From positions 9,820 through 73,819 of IMG/VR virus record IMGVR_UViG_3300045988_134583: 64,000 nucleotides of DNA; one strand, written 5' to 3'. The position numbers and the translations under genes are program-made. Below are positions 34,489 to 43,021 of the stretch, one piece after another. A model generated the notes under the pieces. It was not told where the DNA came from and ran no database searches. It worked only from the letters and a program-made list of their open reading frames with translations. Position 1 is the stretch's first letter; every line of letters begins with the position of its first letter. This stretch comes from a virus.

Positions 34489-35002
34489 CCTCCATCAGGT
34501 GAAGCACCCAGTTATCAAAGGAGGAAGCGTTTACGCCTTTGTCCCACATATTCCACGCTTGAAGAATCTTCGTATACAGCCGAGAATTTGCAAGCATGAA
34601 CTCTTCTGTTTTCAGCGCCATGGGACGGAAATCCGCATTGTCGGTAGCCCTGTGAAAAGCTTCCAGCGCTTCCTGATACTCATCCATAACGCCTATAACG
34701 ATCTCAAACGCCTTATCCACGTCTCCGATCTCTTCCACCAACTCCGGAGTAGACGGGTAAATACCCATCAAATGGCGCTCATGCAAAAGATCGATAAACT
34801 GATCGAAAAACTGAGGGTACAGGTGACTGATCTTGTGGATGAATTTGGAGGTGTTTGGCAACGCCGCCTCGATATAGAACCACTCTTGCACGGTGTCAAG
34901 GAAGCGGTTCACTCGCTGGGCTGCGTCCACAACTCCCCTTGCAGGCTCTTTTAAGGGCGCATACTTTTGATTTTTATAGTCGAAAATGTCTCTTGCTTTC
35001 AT
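34472..35002 (-). CDS. hypothetical helical protein (176 aa)
   Basis: Start set at MKARDIF behind GGAGAGGG. Acidic C-terminus. Confidence 0.5.
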   Translation of the reverse strand: MKARDIFDYKNQKYAPLKEPARGVVDAAQRVNRFLDTVQEWFYIEAALPNTSKFIHKISHLYPQFFDQFIDLLHERHLMGIYPSTPELVEEIGDVDKAFEIVIGVMDEYQEALEAFHRATDNADFRPMALKTEEFMLANSRLYTKILQAWNMWDKGVNASSFDNWVLHLMEDEEDE

Positions 35003-35119
35003 GTGTGTCCCTCTCCCAAAAAGAAAAGGGCAAAGAGCCTTTTGCTGCTCTCTGCCCCACTTGGCCTTGCCGCTTCCCACTTGAAGCGGCGCATGTTTTG
35101 CTTCGATTTTCCATGCGTT

Positions 35120-35195
35120 TGGCGGGAACGGTAGGTTTCGAACCTACAGCCTTCCGGTTAACAGCCGGATGCTCTACCTGTTGAGCTACGAACCC
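35120..35195 (-). tRNA. tRNA-Asn (anticodon GUU), CCA encoded, with two U-U mismatches in acceptor stem
   Basis: GGGTTCG-TA-GCTC-AACAGGTA-GAGC-A-TCCGG-CTGTTAA-CCGGA-AGGCT-GTAGG-TTCGAAA-CCTAC-CGTTCCC-G-CCA. Acceptor positions 4:69 and 5:68 are T/T. Confidence 0.8.
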
Positions 35196-35742
35196 ATGTA
35201 TGCAAACGGTTACTCACGCACTAAAAAAATACTCGATGCCACAGAACCCCACAGCGCCTTCATGTTACCTGAAAAGGTGTTGCGCTTTCACCGTTAAGCA
35301 TCAAAAACAATGCTTTAGGGGAACGTATGCGTGACGGCTTTTAACCATTGTCCAGTAGCCGAGGCCCAGCATCGGATGGGGCATCCCTCGGCGGTACTAC
35401 CGGAAGCACCCTGGACGATTTACGACAGCTTGCCGTGGAGAACGATTGTTCCGCCGTGTTCTCCGTCCGGCGACCCTCCTTCGCGGTTGGGTTCGCGCCT
35501 GCCGTCAGGACAGCGGATGCGCTTGCCAGTGCTCATCCTCACGAGCCTAATTCGTGCGCATTTTCAGCGTCTGCCCTCGAATCCCTTTGACGGCTTTGGA
35601 ATATTGACAGCAGATACTTCAATATGGAGTTTCTGCCGATAAACTACATCTACGATCTCGTTATTTCGTATCTTCCTGCGTATGAGCACATCGTCTCCGT
35701 CCGCAAGAATACGCTCTATGGCCCTGGTCTCCCGCTCTCCGA
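35196..35742 (-). ncRNA. candidate large structured ncRNA (ROOL/GOLLD-like context)
   Basis: A ~550-nt gap in an otherwise gap-free operon. Many nested helices, including a G-U pair that only works on the minus strand. Abuts a tRNA. The only ORFs are unconvincing. Confidence 0.45.
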
Positions 35743-36528
35743 TCAACCTACGACCTCCAACAGTTTTTTGTTTCCGGCCAGCATGATCTGCTGTTTCAGG
35801 TTTGCCGTGGGTGTAAGCAGCTTTCTGGCCGCATAGGAGGAATACCCCAGCCACGACGTAGAAACGATCAATCGCCACGAAACAACGCTCACACGGTTAT
35901 TCTGCTTGTCCACCATGATCTTACCCACCGGATAATTCATGGGCTTGTGGGTATGCCCCACCACAAGGCAGTCTATACCGTCAATCGCCATCCCGAAGCG
36001 CTCTGCCTTTGTAGCCGACGCACCGGTGTAAATGGAAGAACCGTTCCCGTGCGTAATTGCAAAAGTGTATGTCGGGTTTCTAAGGCCGTTGCTCTCTTTC
36101 CTGCCAAATTGGAGTTTCAGGAAGGCAATGTCCTCCCTGTATATGTCCTCCAAATCCAGTTTGGCCATGATGTCGTAGGTGATATCGTTGTCCACTTCCC
36201 GCAGGTTTCGAGCTTCGTGGTTGCCGGATACGGCGCACAGGATTCGCTCCCTAATGGGCGTTAGGTTACGCACCATCCGGGACTTCTGTTCCTTCGGGCG
36301 CATCCGTTCCTCGTAAACGTTCGTGACGGAACTTTTGATGCCGTTGTTTACAAGGTCTCCTACCAGGACAATGTAAGTGTTCTTGCTATCCAGCAAATCC
36401 CGGCAGAATTTATCCCAGTCTTTTTCGTAGCACTCCTGCGCCCCTAAATGGACATCCGACACGGGAATGATAGTGATCCCCTCGTTGGTCGGGAAATGGC
36501 GGATTATCATCTCAAAATTGTCTCTCAC
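35743..36528 (-). CDS. calcineurin-like metallophosphoesterase
   Basis: IIPVSDVHLG ... VLVGDLVNNG ... SGNHE ... VVGHTHKP are the canonical MPE metal-binding motifs. Confidence 0.8.
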   Translation of the reverse strand: MRDNFEMIIRHFPTNEGITIIPVSDVHLGAQECYEKDWDKFCRDLLDSKNTYIVLVGDLVNNGIKSSVTNVYEERMRPKEQKSRMVRNLTPIRERILCAVSGNHEARNLREVDNDITYDIMAKLDLEDIYREDIAFLKLQFGRKESNGLRNPTYTFAITHGNGSSIYTGASATKAERFGMAIDGIDCLVVGHTHKPMNYPVGKIMVDKQNNRVSVVSWRLIVSTSWLGYSSYAARKLLTPTANLKQQIMLAGNKKLLEVVG

Positions 36529-36543
36529 TTGACCGCCTTTCGG

Positions 36544-38262
36544 TTACATATCCATATCCCCGTAGGAATCCGCATCGTCCTCTGCCCCCTCGCTTTGGGG
36601 CGTATCGTTGGACGGTCTGCCGGGCGACGGGTTTGCTCCGCTGTCCGGGTTCTTGGCGGAATAAGAGGATATGAGGGGAATCCGCTTGCTGAGCAGGTTG
36701 GACTTCTCAATAGCGCTGGAAATTGAGATATCTTCCAGCAGAGAATGTCCTCTGAGCGCGTCGTAGCGGAGCGTTTCTATCAACAGCCCGAGTGTCATGC
36801 CGTCTTTGGCGGCTTTAAGATCGTCCTTTTCGGAGAAGATATCCCCGAACATCTTGAAGCCCCACTCGTATTTCAGGTTCAGCGTCCCGTACAGATAGTT
36901 AATCATGCGCTCAAAGCCCATGTAAACGCACTGGCCGAACTTTGCCGCAATGGCAGCGGCCACATTGACCATGCCTACTCGTGGTTCTGCGCTTGCGCTG
37001 ATAATGCCGATACCGGATTTCTGAATCAGGTAGGAGTACCCGGCGGCGGAAATATTCTCCGCATTAGGCGCTTCGGCAAGACTATTCAGCTTCATGTCCT
37101 TAAATGGTGCTGCATATATGCCGATACCGGAAGTATTATTCTGGGCCATCATGTTATACCACAAGGCCAGATACACGTCCCGCACCGCCGGACTGATCTT
37201 TATGGGATCTGCCTGCGTAGGCGTGTTTGTGTTAATTGTCTCCATCTCGCCCAGCACACAGGCCACAAGGGGGTTTTGCAGGATACTGAGCTGCACTGCC
37301 TCGTAGTCCGCCTGCTGTATGGCGGAAATGAGAAGCCCCGTAAACGGGGAGATCTCATCCATGGTGGTATCGTCTATCTCAAACGTCCAGCACTCCGTAG
37401 GCGGCAGTGTGACCCAGTAGAACCACGTTCCGTTCTGTTCGTACACGTCTGGGTTTCCTGCCAGCGCTCTGCGTTTCTTCTCCGCTTCGATCTTTTCAAG
37501 GTCGAAATCACAGGAGCGTTTGGAAGAATATACGATCTTGCTTCCGGGCTTTTTGATGAAGCTCTGCATGTCCCGGACATACGGTTCAAACAGATCCCCG
37601 AACTGCCGGTAATCGGTTCCCGGCTGTAAGAAGTACATCATGTCAAACATGAGGGTGTACTTGGAGATGTTATTGAATCCTACAATCTTTATCCAGTCCT
37701 GTGGAAGCCTTTGCAGATAGGCATACTCGCAGGTGTTATGGGCTTTATCTATCTTCTTCCGAAGGTAATAATGCACCTTGCCGCTTATCCCGCACTCACC
37801 CATTACCCGGTGCGCGGCGGCTCTTACGTCCATCTTCCCGCAAATCTTTTCCAGAAGCCGCCATTCCCGCAGGAGATCATCCTTGGCAATGGAGCTTTCC
37901 GAATCCAGATACAGAGGGTAATTGTACCAGCGGTAGGTGGGGACGTCCTGATAGGTCTTTATGATGTTGAAGATGGGATAGGCGCTGTACCGCACCCACT
38001 CCATAGCCTGTCTTAAAGGCTTTTCGCTGTTATCCGGGTTATCAAGATAGCTGGCTACCTGGTTTTTATCGTATTTGAAAGCCCGGGAAGAGATCCCCTT
38101 GATGCGGTTATTCTGCATGTAGGGGTTAAAGGTCATGGCCGCTCCCAATCCGGTTCTGGAAAAGGCGGACAGCACACCTTCGGGAGAAATATTCCCGTAC
38201 CGCTCCATTAACTGGCGATAGTGCTCAGATACGGGCGGTTTCCCCTGTTTCTGTTCTCCCAT
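36544..38262 (-). CDS. putative portal protein
   Basis: 572 aa. Second gene after the large terminase, with an acidic C-terminal tail. Start set at MGEQKQ behind GGAGAAAGAG. Confidence 0.6.
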   Translation of the reverse strand: MGEQKQGKPPVSEHYRQLMERYGNISPEGVLSAFSRTGLGAAMTFNPYMQNNRIKGISSRAFKYDKNQVASYLDNPDNSEKPLRQAMEWVRYSAYPIFNIIKTYQDVPTYRWYNYPLYLDSESSIAKDDLLREWRLLEKICGKMDVRAAAHRVMGECGISGKVHYYLRKKIDKAHNTCEYAYLQRLPQDWIKIVGFNNISKYTLMFDMMYFLQPGTDYRQFGDLFEPYVRDMQSFIKKPGSKIVYSSKRSCDFDLEKIEAEKKRRALAGNPDVYEQNGTWFYWVTLPPTECWTFEIDDTTMDEISPFTGLLISAIQQADYEAVQLSILQNPLVACVLGEMETINTNTPTQADPIKISPAVRDVYLALWYNMMAQNNTSGIGIYAAPFKDMKLNSLAEAPNAENISAAGYSYLIQKSGIGIISASAEPRVGMVNVAAAIAAKFGQCVYMGFERMINYLYGTLNLKYEWGFKMFGDIFSEKDDLKAAKDGMTLGLLIETLRYDALRGHSLLEDISISSAIEKSNLLSKRIPLISSYSAKNPDSGANPSPGRPSNDTPQSEGAEDDADSYGDMDM

Positions 38263-38602
38263 TCTCTTTCTCCTGTTCTGCTTTAAGCTCACGCTCAAAC
38301 TCATCTAAAAAGTCGTGGGTAAGCTTTTCTATTTCATTTTCGTGGCGCTTGGCTTCCTCGTGCGCAATAGTGCCGATGCAGTCTTTGAGCCACTTCCAAT
38401 CTTCGTCCTTAAAATGCCCCGCAGCATCCGAATTAGAGATCAGGACGCATGGAAGCTCGGGTTCATTCTCGGTGAAAACAAGTACATACTTGGGTGTGAT
38501 CCGGTAAAACCGCTGTCTCAGCGCATACCCTATGGATTCCTGCGTCATACGAAGGCCGTACACCTTTTTGGTTTCGGGCTTCTTCACTCTTTTTGCCGTC
38601 AC
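38225..38602 (-). CDS. hypothetical protein (125 aa)
   Basis: ATGA start/stop overlap with the terminase large subunit. Confidence 0.5.
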   Translation of the reverse strand: MTAKRVKKPETKKVYGLRMTQESIGYALRQRFYRITPKYVLVFTENEPELPCVLISNSDAAGHFKDEDWKWLKDCIGTIAHEEAKRHENEIEKLTHDFLDEFERELKAEQEKENGRTETGETARI

Positions 38603-40434
38603 CGATTATTTCCTCCGATTCGTCCTATGCATCTTGCTCTGCCGTAAACAGGGCCGTTTACAAGCCCGTTAATAGCGCCCCCTGTCTGCATCTGTTGCCG
38701 TGCCCATTGCTCCCACTGGTTATCTCCCCGGTTCGCATCGGCTCGGCGCTCATCCTCCAACAGTCTGCATACCCGCAGGCCGTATTTGGTGGCAGACCAC
38801 ATATCTCGCTGTATGCTTTTGCTTATTCTGACTTCGTTATAGCCGTATACGCCGTTTTTCTTTTTCAGATTGGCAATCTGGCCGCACAGTTCTCTGGTTT
38901 TCAGATACGGATATGCGATTGCACCGTCCATTTCGTCCGTTTTGATCCTGTGCTCTGTCTTATACGCTTTGATACCGTCCTGAATGTTGGAAACCAGCAT
39001 ACGGACGTTTCCGTGCTCCCACTCACGCTCTGCGTATTCCAGCATACCGGAATCCGAATCGTGAGACCCCGTTATGCCGCCTGTAGCGACGATGGGGTAA
39101 AGCACCGGAATTGCTCCCTTTACTTCCAGTTCCGGGTAATCGTGGTTGATGCAGCACAGCGGAGGCATTCCGTCCTGTAGGTCGCTGTGGAGCATTTCTA
39201 TGATGGCCGTGCCGTATGCCCGGGAGTCGATAGCTATGTAAGCTGGCGAAGAATTACGCATGGTGTACCTGCGCCAGTAGTCCTTAACGATTCTCGCCTG
39301 TTCTGCGGCGCTCTTGGGAGGATCCATGTCCTGCACATAGACGATATCCTTCTTGAACAGACTGTTGTCCCACACTCCGTTCTGGGGTGTACACTTGATA
39401 ACGCTATAGGCGCACTTGGCATTGTTCGTTCCGTCCCGATAGGAGTTATCCTGCCCTATAACGTACACGCACTGGGGATCTCCGCAGTGCTGGAACTCCA
39501 TACAGGAGATTGTCTTGCTCTGCGTAAGGGTCAAGTCCCTGATAACCGGGTTTTCACTGGTGCCCGTCCATATGGACAGCATCTCCCGGAGCCACACGTC
39601 CGGGGTAAGAGCGTCTTTAAGCTCCTGTGCCCAGGAGTATTTCCGTATCCCGGACAGGATAGCCACCTCGAATGGGATGTCTATGGCAAAAGCGCTCTTG
39701 CCTTCCCGCATCTTCCGGTATGTGTTTACCCGCATATCGAAGGATGGATTCTGTTGTGTACCGGCGGATGTGACGTAATGGTGCTGGTTCTGCGGAAATG
39801 TGCTGTCCTCTTTGGCGTTTATTGTCCGCGTAGCACGGACGGCAGCCAGAACCACCTTTTCAAACTCATCGTGGTCAAAGGCTTTGCCGGATTCCTCCTG
39901 CGCCACTTCCTCTGCGGTAACTCCGTGGATGGTATCGCCACGGGCTACTGCGACAGAGATTTTTGACCCGAACTTGGTCTTTATCTCAAATCGATCTGCG
40001 GAATCGGATACGATCTCCCACATGGAGGTAAGTCCCGGGAAGTTCCCGCATATCTCTCTCCAAACCTGAGAGAGAATACCGACCGTCTGCTTGTTTGTGG
40101 GGCCTACATACGCCCTCTGTACACCGGGGAACAGGATTCCCTGCACCGCCGCATTGGTAAGCTCTACATACGACTTCGTAAGTCCTCGGCTGCCGGTGAT
40201 GAACGTATCGGTGTATCTGCTGGATACCCGCATGTTCATGCGCTGAATGGGAGCCAGACGGTACTTCGGATTATCCGCTTCGCAAAGATCGAGGAATTTG
40301 TCCGGATACCAGCGCCAGTAGGAGATCAGGAGAGCTGCGCCCTCATCCCCGTACTGCTCGTAGTCCAGCGCCCTTTCTTTCTCGATCTCGACCCATGCGC
40401 GTTTGTTTTTGTCGTATTTTTTACCTAACGGCAC
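38599..40434 (-). CDS. terL: terminase large subunit
   Basis: 611 aa. Walker-A-like ITGSRGLTKSY. Size and position upstream of the portal gene. Confidence 0.75.
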   Translation of the reverse strand: MPLGKKYDKNKRAWVEIEKERALDYEQYGDEGAALLISYWRWYPDKFLDLCEADNPKYRLAPIQRMNMRVSSRYTDTFITGSRGLTKSYVELTNAAVQGILFPGVQRAYVGPTNKQTVGILSQVWREICGNFPGLTSMWEIVSDSADRFEIKTKFGSKISVAVARGDTIHGVTAEEVAQEESGKAFDHDEFEKVVLAAVRATRTINAKEDSTFPQNQHHYVTSAGTQQNPSFDMRVNTYRKMREGKSAFAIDIPFEVAILSGIRKYSWAQELKDALTPDVWLREMLSIWTGTSENPVIRDLTLTQSKTISCMEFQHCGDPQCVYVIGQDNSYRDGTNNAKCAYSVIKCTPQNGVWDNSLFKKDIVYVQDMDPPKSAAEQARIVKDYWRRYTMRNSSPAYIAIDSRAYGTAIIEMLHSDLQDGMPPLCCINHDYPELEVKGAIPVLYPIVATGGITGSHDSDSGMLEYAEREWEHGNVRMLVSNIQDGIKAYKTEHRIKTDEMDGAIAYPYLKTRELCGQIANLKKKNGVYGYNEVRISKSIQRDMWSATKYGLRVCRLLEDERRADANRGDNQWEQWARQQMQTGGAINGLVNGPVYGRARCIGRIGGNNR

Positions 40435-40437
40435 AGT

Positions 40438-41163
40438 TTACTCCCTCGGGGGAACTGCCTCTCCTAAGTCATGCATTGCCCGTTCCTCCCGCAGTGTCAT
40501 TTTCGGCGCAAGCTCGTTGTAAACATCGGTTACTTGCAGAGACTTCGGCAGGAACGATAGTTCGGATTCCCCTCCGTTTTGTCGGATTGTATTTTCGATT
40601 TTCAGCAGGATCGTGTCCAGCACGTCCAGCGAAAGATCGTATTTGCCCTTGTCACCCTTGATGTACCGCACGACTTCCTCTCGGGTGTATGTCTTGACGC
40701 CTTTGCGTTCGAGACGGTCAATCAGAGCATCGGGACGAAAGGTCTCCATAGGCTTGGAATCCCCTGCCCGCATGGCCTCTGTAGCCATCTCTTTGTTAAT
40801 CATGTCCTGGTATTTCTTTTCTCCGTCCGTATCGTTCTCCATACGGCATCTGCGCTGTAGCAAACGCCAGCAGGAGATCGTGTGCAGGGACGCGTCGGTT
40901 CTGCTGGGAGCATTTTTATACTCCTGCGCAATGCTGTCGTAGAACCGGTTTAGAAGCTCCAAATCTCTGTCCGAAATATCGTCCAGATACAGTTCCCATA
41001 CCTCTCGGCTGTGCGGGTCAAGCCTTCCGGCGAGAGCCGGTTCATCGCTTTCCTGCACAGTCTCCGGAATCTCCTTCGCATTTTTCTCCTGTGCGGCGAG
41101 ACGGCCTTTCAGGGCCTTTCCGGACTTCGCTTTATTCAGTTCTTTTTCGTCTGGAAATCTCAT
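40438..41163 (-). CDS. terS: putative terminase small subunit
   Basis: Positional call. Start set at MRFPDEKEL (41163), because the longer track ORF begins inside the promoter repeats. No strong RBS. Confidence 0.4.
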   Translation of the reverse strand: MRFPDEKELNKAKSGKALKGRLAAQEKNAKEIPETVQESDEPALAGRLDPHSREVWELYLDDISDRDLELLNRFYDSIAQEYKNAPSRTDASLHTISCWRLLQRRCRMENDTDGEKKYQDMINKEMATEAMRAGDSKPMETFRPDALIDRLERKGVKTYTREEVVRYIKGDKGKYDLSLDVLDTILLKIENTIRQNGGESELSFLPKSLQVTDVYNELAPKMTLREERAMHDLGEAVPPRE

Positions 41164-41379
41164 AGCACAAAATTTACGACCGGGGTTCCCCAACACCCGA
41201 TTCAACCCGCCCTTACGCCGTCCCGAGGATGGGGAACTTGGCGCACATCCAATTTTTGAGAAGGAGAGAGAACGATCTGTCCGATGAAAAAAATCACAAA
41301 TGCAAGGAAAATTCCCTGCATGAAAATTGTCTTGCCAGAGGCAGAAACCCCTGTTCGCATTTGTTTTTCTATGCCATGT

Positions 41380-41418
41380 ATTATAACACAAACCGTGTGC
41401 AAAGTATAGGGTGAATTT
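41380..41418 (-). promoter_or_regulatory. putative late promoter, proximal copy
   Basis: Minus strand: AAATTCACCCTATACTTTGCACACG, 8 nt, TATAAT (preceded by TGT, extended -10). Confidence 0.45.
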
Positions 41419-41473
41419 ATGGTTTTATGTGTCTTTGCTGTGAACTTATATGCGATTTTTAACTCATACACCC

Positions 41474-41512
41474 ATTTTACCGGAAAGCGTGTGCAAAGTA
41501 TAGGGTGAATTT
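41474..41512 (-). promoter_or_regulatory. putative late promoter, distal copy
   Basis: The identical 25-nt element, 8 nt, TAAAAT. Same geometry as the proximal copy, 94 nt upstream. Confidence 0.4.
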
Positions 41513-41516
41513 TCGC

Positions 41517-42116
41517 TTAAATTCTGCCGGGTCTATACAAACCAAGCATGGTGTCCCGGAAGGTTACGCCGACGGCAATAGCCGCCCAGCAGTCTGCGCT
41601 TACTCCGTGGAAAATATCGGGGTTCTTCTTGGTGCCCCTACCGTTCTGCATATCGTGCTTCGCATAGCGGTCGATCAGCGCCCGGCGGATATTGGCATCC
41701 TTGGCTCTGGGGTTCCCACACAGATCCAGCTTCTCGTCCTTGCGGTACACCAGGTAAGGCCGGGGGAATAAGCCTCCCACCGTATAGGGTGCAAGGGCTT
41801 CTTGCAGCCTGCCGATGAAAACGCACGTCTCAAAGACCTCAAAGCCTACCGCCATGCCGTAGGAGGCGATCATCTCTATGGCCGTATCCAGTGCGCCTTC
41901 TTCCTGCGCCGTCTCCTTCACTTGCGCCATGAAGGTGTCGTTGTCCAGCTTGCCATATGACAAGACCTCCATGCTCCTGTCGTCCATTCCCGTCCAGCGA
42001 AGCAGTGCGTAGGCGCTTTTTGCGTTGCCGGGGTCTATCGATAGGATGGTGAACGACGCTCCGTCCTGAATCCTATGCTTTGTGCTTGCGTTCTGGGCTT
42101 CTAAAACCATGCTCAT
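41517..42116 (-). CDS. RuvC-like Holliday junction resolvase (phage type)
   Basis: ILSIDPGNAKSAYALL (Asp-containing first motif) ... IEMIASYG ... ANIRRALIDRY ... SADCWAAIAVG. Pattern remembered from RuvC-fold phage resolvases. Confidence 0.5.
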   Translation of the reverse strand: MSMVLEAQNASTKHRIQDGASFTILSIDPGNAKSAYALLRWTGMDDRSMEVLSYGKLDNDTFMAQVKETAQEEGALDTAIEMIASYGMAVGFEVFETCVFIGRLQEALAPYTVGGLFPRPYLVYRKDEKLDLCGNPRAKDANIRRALIDRYAKHDMQNGRGTKKNPDIFHGVSADCWAAIAVGVTFRDTMLGLYRPGRI

Positions 42117-42220
42117 TCTCGTTTTGCTCCTTTTTTGTTCCAGTTACTCACGTTTGCGCCTAAAATCGATTTTAGACATGTTTCTGTGCTTTCTATCGGT
42201 GCTCGCGAGGGTGGGTGGTG

Positions 42221-43015
42221 TCACCGCTTCCCTCCCGCCATTCCGAACTGCTCCATCATGCGGGTCATTTTATCCTTCGCCATCCCCAGTCTGCGTCCCT
42301 TGGTGGTTACTCGCATGGGAGCACACATCTCCGTAAGGCGGTCGTAGATGCGCTTGCGCACCGCGTCCTCGGTCTCCGTAAAGACCGTGGGGGTCAGGTT
42401 GGTGGTTACGATCAGCGGCTTCTTAGCCTTGTACCGCGTGTTTACAATCTCGTAGGCGGATTCCATGCCGAACTCTGTATCCCGCTCTATACCCACATCG
42501 TCCAGAATCAGCAGGGGTATATCCGCTACGGTGGATAGCACGGCTTCCCGGTTCTCCCCGAAGTCACGCTGCATACTGGCGGTCAGTTTGGGGATGGTGG
42601 TCATTATGACCGGGATGCCCTTATCGATCAGGGCGTTGGCGATACAGGCGGCGTAAAAGGTCTTACCGCCTCCGACATCCCCCCAAAGCAGGATTCCGGC
42701 GTTGTTTTTACGCACCCAGTCCCAATTCTCAACGTACTTTTTGCACAATTCGCTGGTTTTTGCGCTTGTGCCATCGTCATTGGCGAAAGTGCAGTCGATG
42801 TACTGAGCGTCTGTAAGCCCTCGTTTCCGGTAGGCGGAGATCTTCTGTTCGGTCTCACGCTTTACCCGGGCGGCTTCTTCGGCTTTCTGCCTCTCCCTCT
42901 CGCAACGGCACATCCGATGCACCAGTCGGAAGGGAATCAGCCCCTCTACACCAAACCAACGTTCGGTCTTTTCTCCGCAGACAGGACAGGTTCTCTCAGC
43001 AGCCATCTGTTCCAT
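42221..43015 (-). CDS. DnaC/IstB-like AAA+ helicase loader
   Basis: N-terminal CPVCG zinc finger. Walker A GDVGGGKTF, Walker B LLILDDVG. Confidence 0.75.
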   Translation of the reverse strand: MEQMAAERTCPVCGEKTERWFGVEGLIPFRLVHRMCRCERERQKAEEAARVKRETEQKISAYRKRGLTDAQYIDCTFANDDGTSAKTSELCKKYVENWDWVRKNNAGILLWGDVGGGKTFYAACIANALIDKGIPVIMTTIPKLTASMQRDFGENREAVLSTVADIPLLILDDVGIERDTEFGMESAYEIVNTRYKAKKPLIVTTNLTPTVFTETEDAVRKRIYDRLTEMCAPMRVTTKGRRLGMAKDKMTRMMEQFGMAGGKR

Positions 43016-43021
43016 GCAGCA

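Noticed and set aside
32326-34599. 757-aa plus-strand ORF, the longest plus-strand ORF in the window.
   Set aside because: It is Gly/Val/Leu/His-rich and low in complexity. It runs antisense to three well-supported minus-strand genes (capsid, 196-aa protein, protease/scaffold). It is a typical shadow ORF. The same applies to 28180..29007, 30324..31238, 36745..37629, 39187..39966, 17750..18658, 9769..10470, 14012..14776, 16823..17638, 47603..48337 and 49256..50101.
35196-35742. tmRNA, RNase P RNA, a group I/II intron or a cobalamin riboswitch as the identity of the long non-coding region.
   Set aside because: I could not find an alanine-type tRNA-like 3' end or tag ORF (tmRNA). I could not find the GAGGAAAGUCC or ACAGAACCCGGCUUA-type conserved regions in the correct arrangement (RNase P). 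I could not find a domain-5-like hairpin or intron ORF, or a B12 box. ACAGAACCCC occurs only on the plus strand, in isolation.
35564-35746. 60-aa TTG-start ORF overlapping the phosphoesterase stop (MIGERETRAIERILADGDDVLIRRKIRNNEIVDVVYRQK...).
   Set aside because: Not rejected outright, but not called as a feature. It has a TTGA start/stop overlap but no RBS, a non-ATG start and no recognisable motif. If it is real, the candidate ncRNA shrinks to about 370 nt (35196-35563).
40438-41391. 317-aa version of the small terminase ORF starting at 41391.
   Set aside because: That start lies inside the proximal promoter element and -10 box, and the first ~75 residues are Cys/Arg/Phe-rich and non-protein-like. 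The start was moved to 41163, which is itself uncertain.
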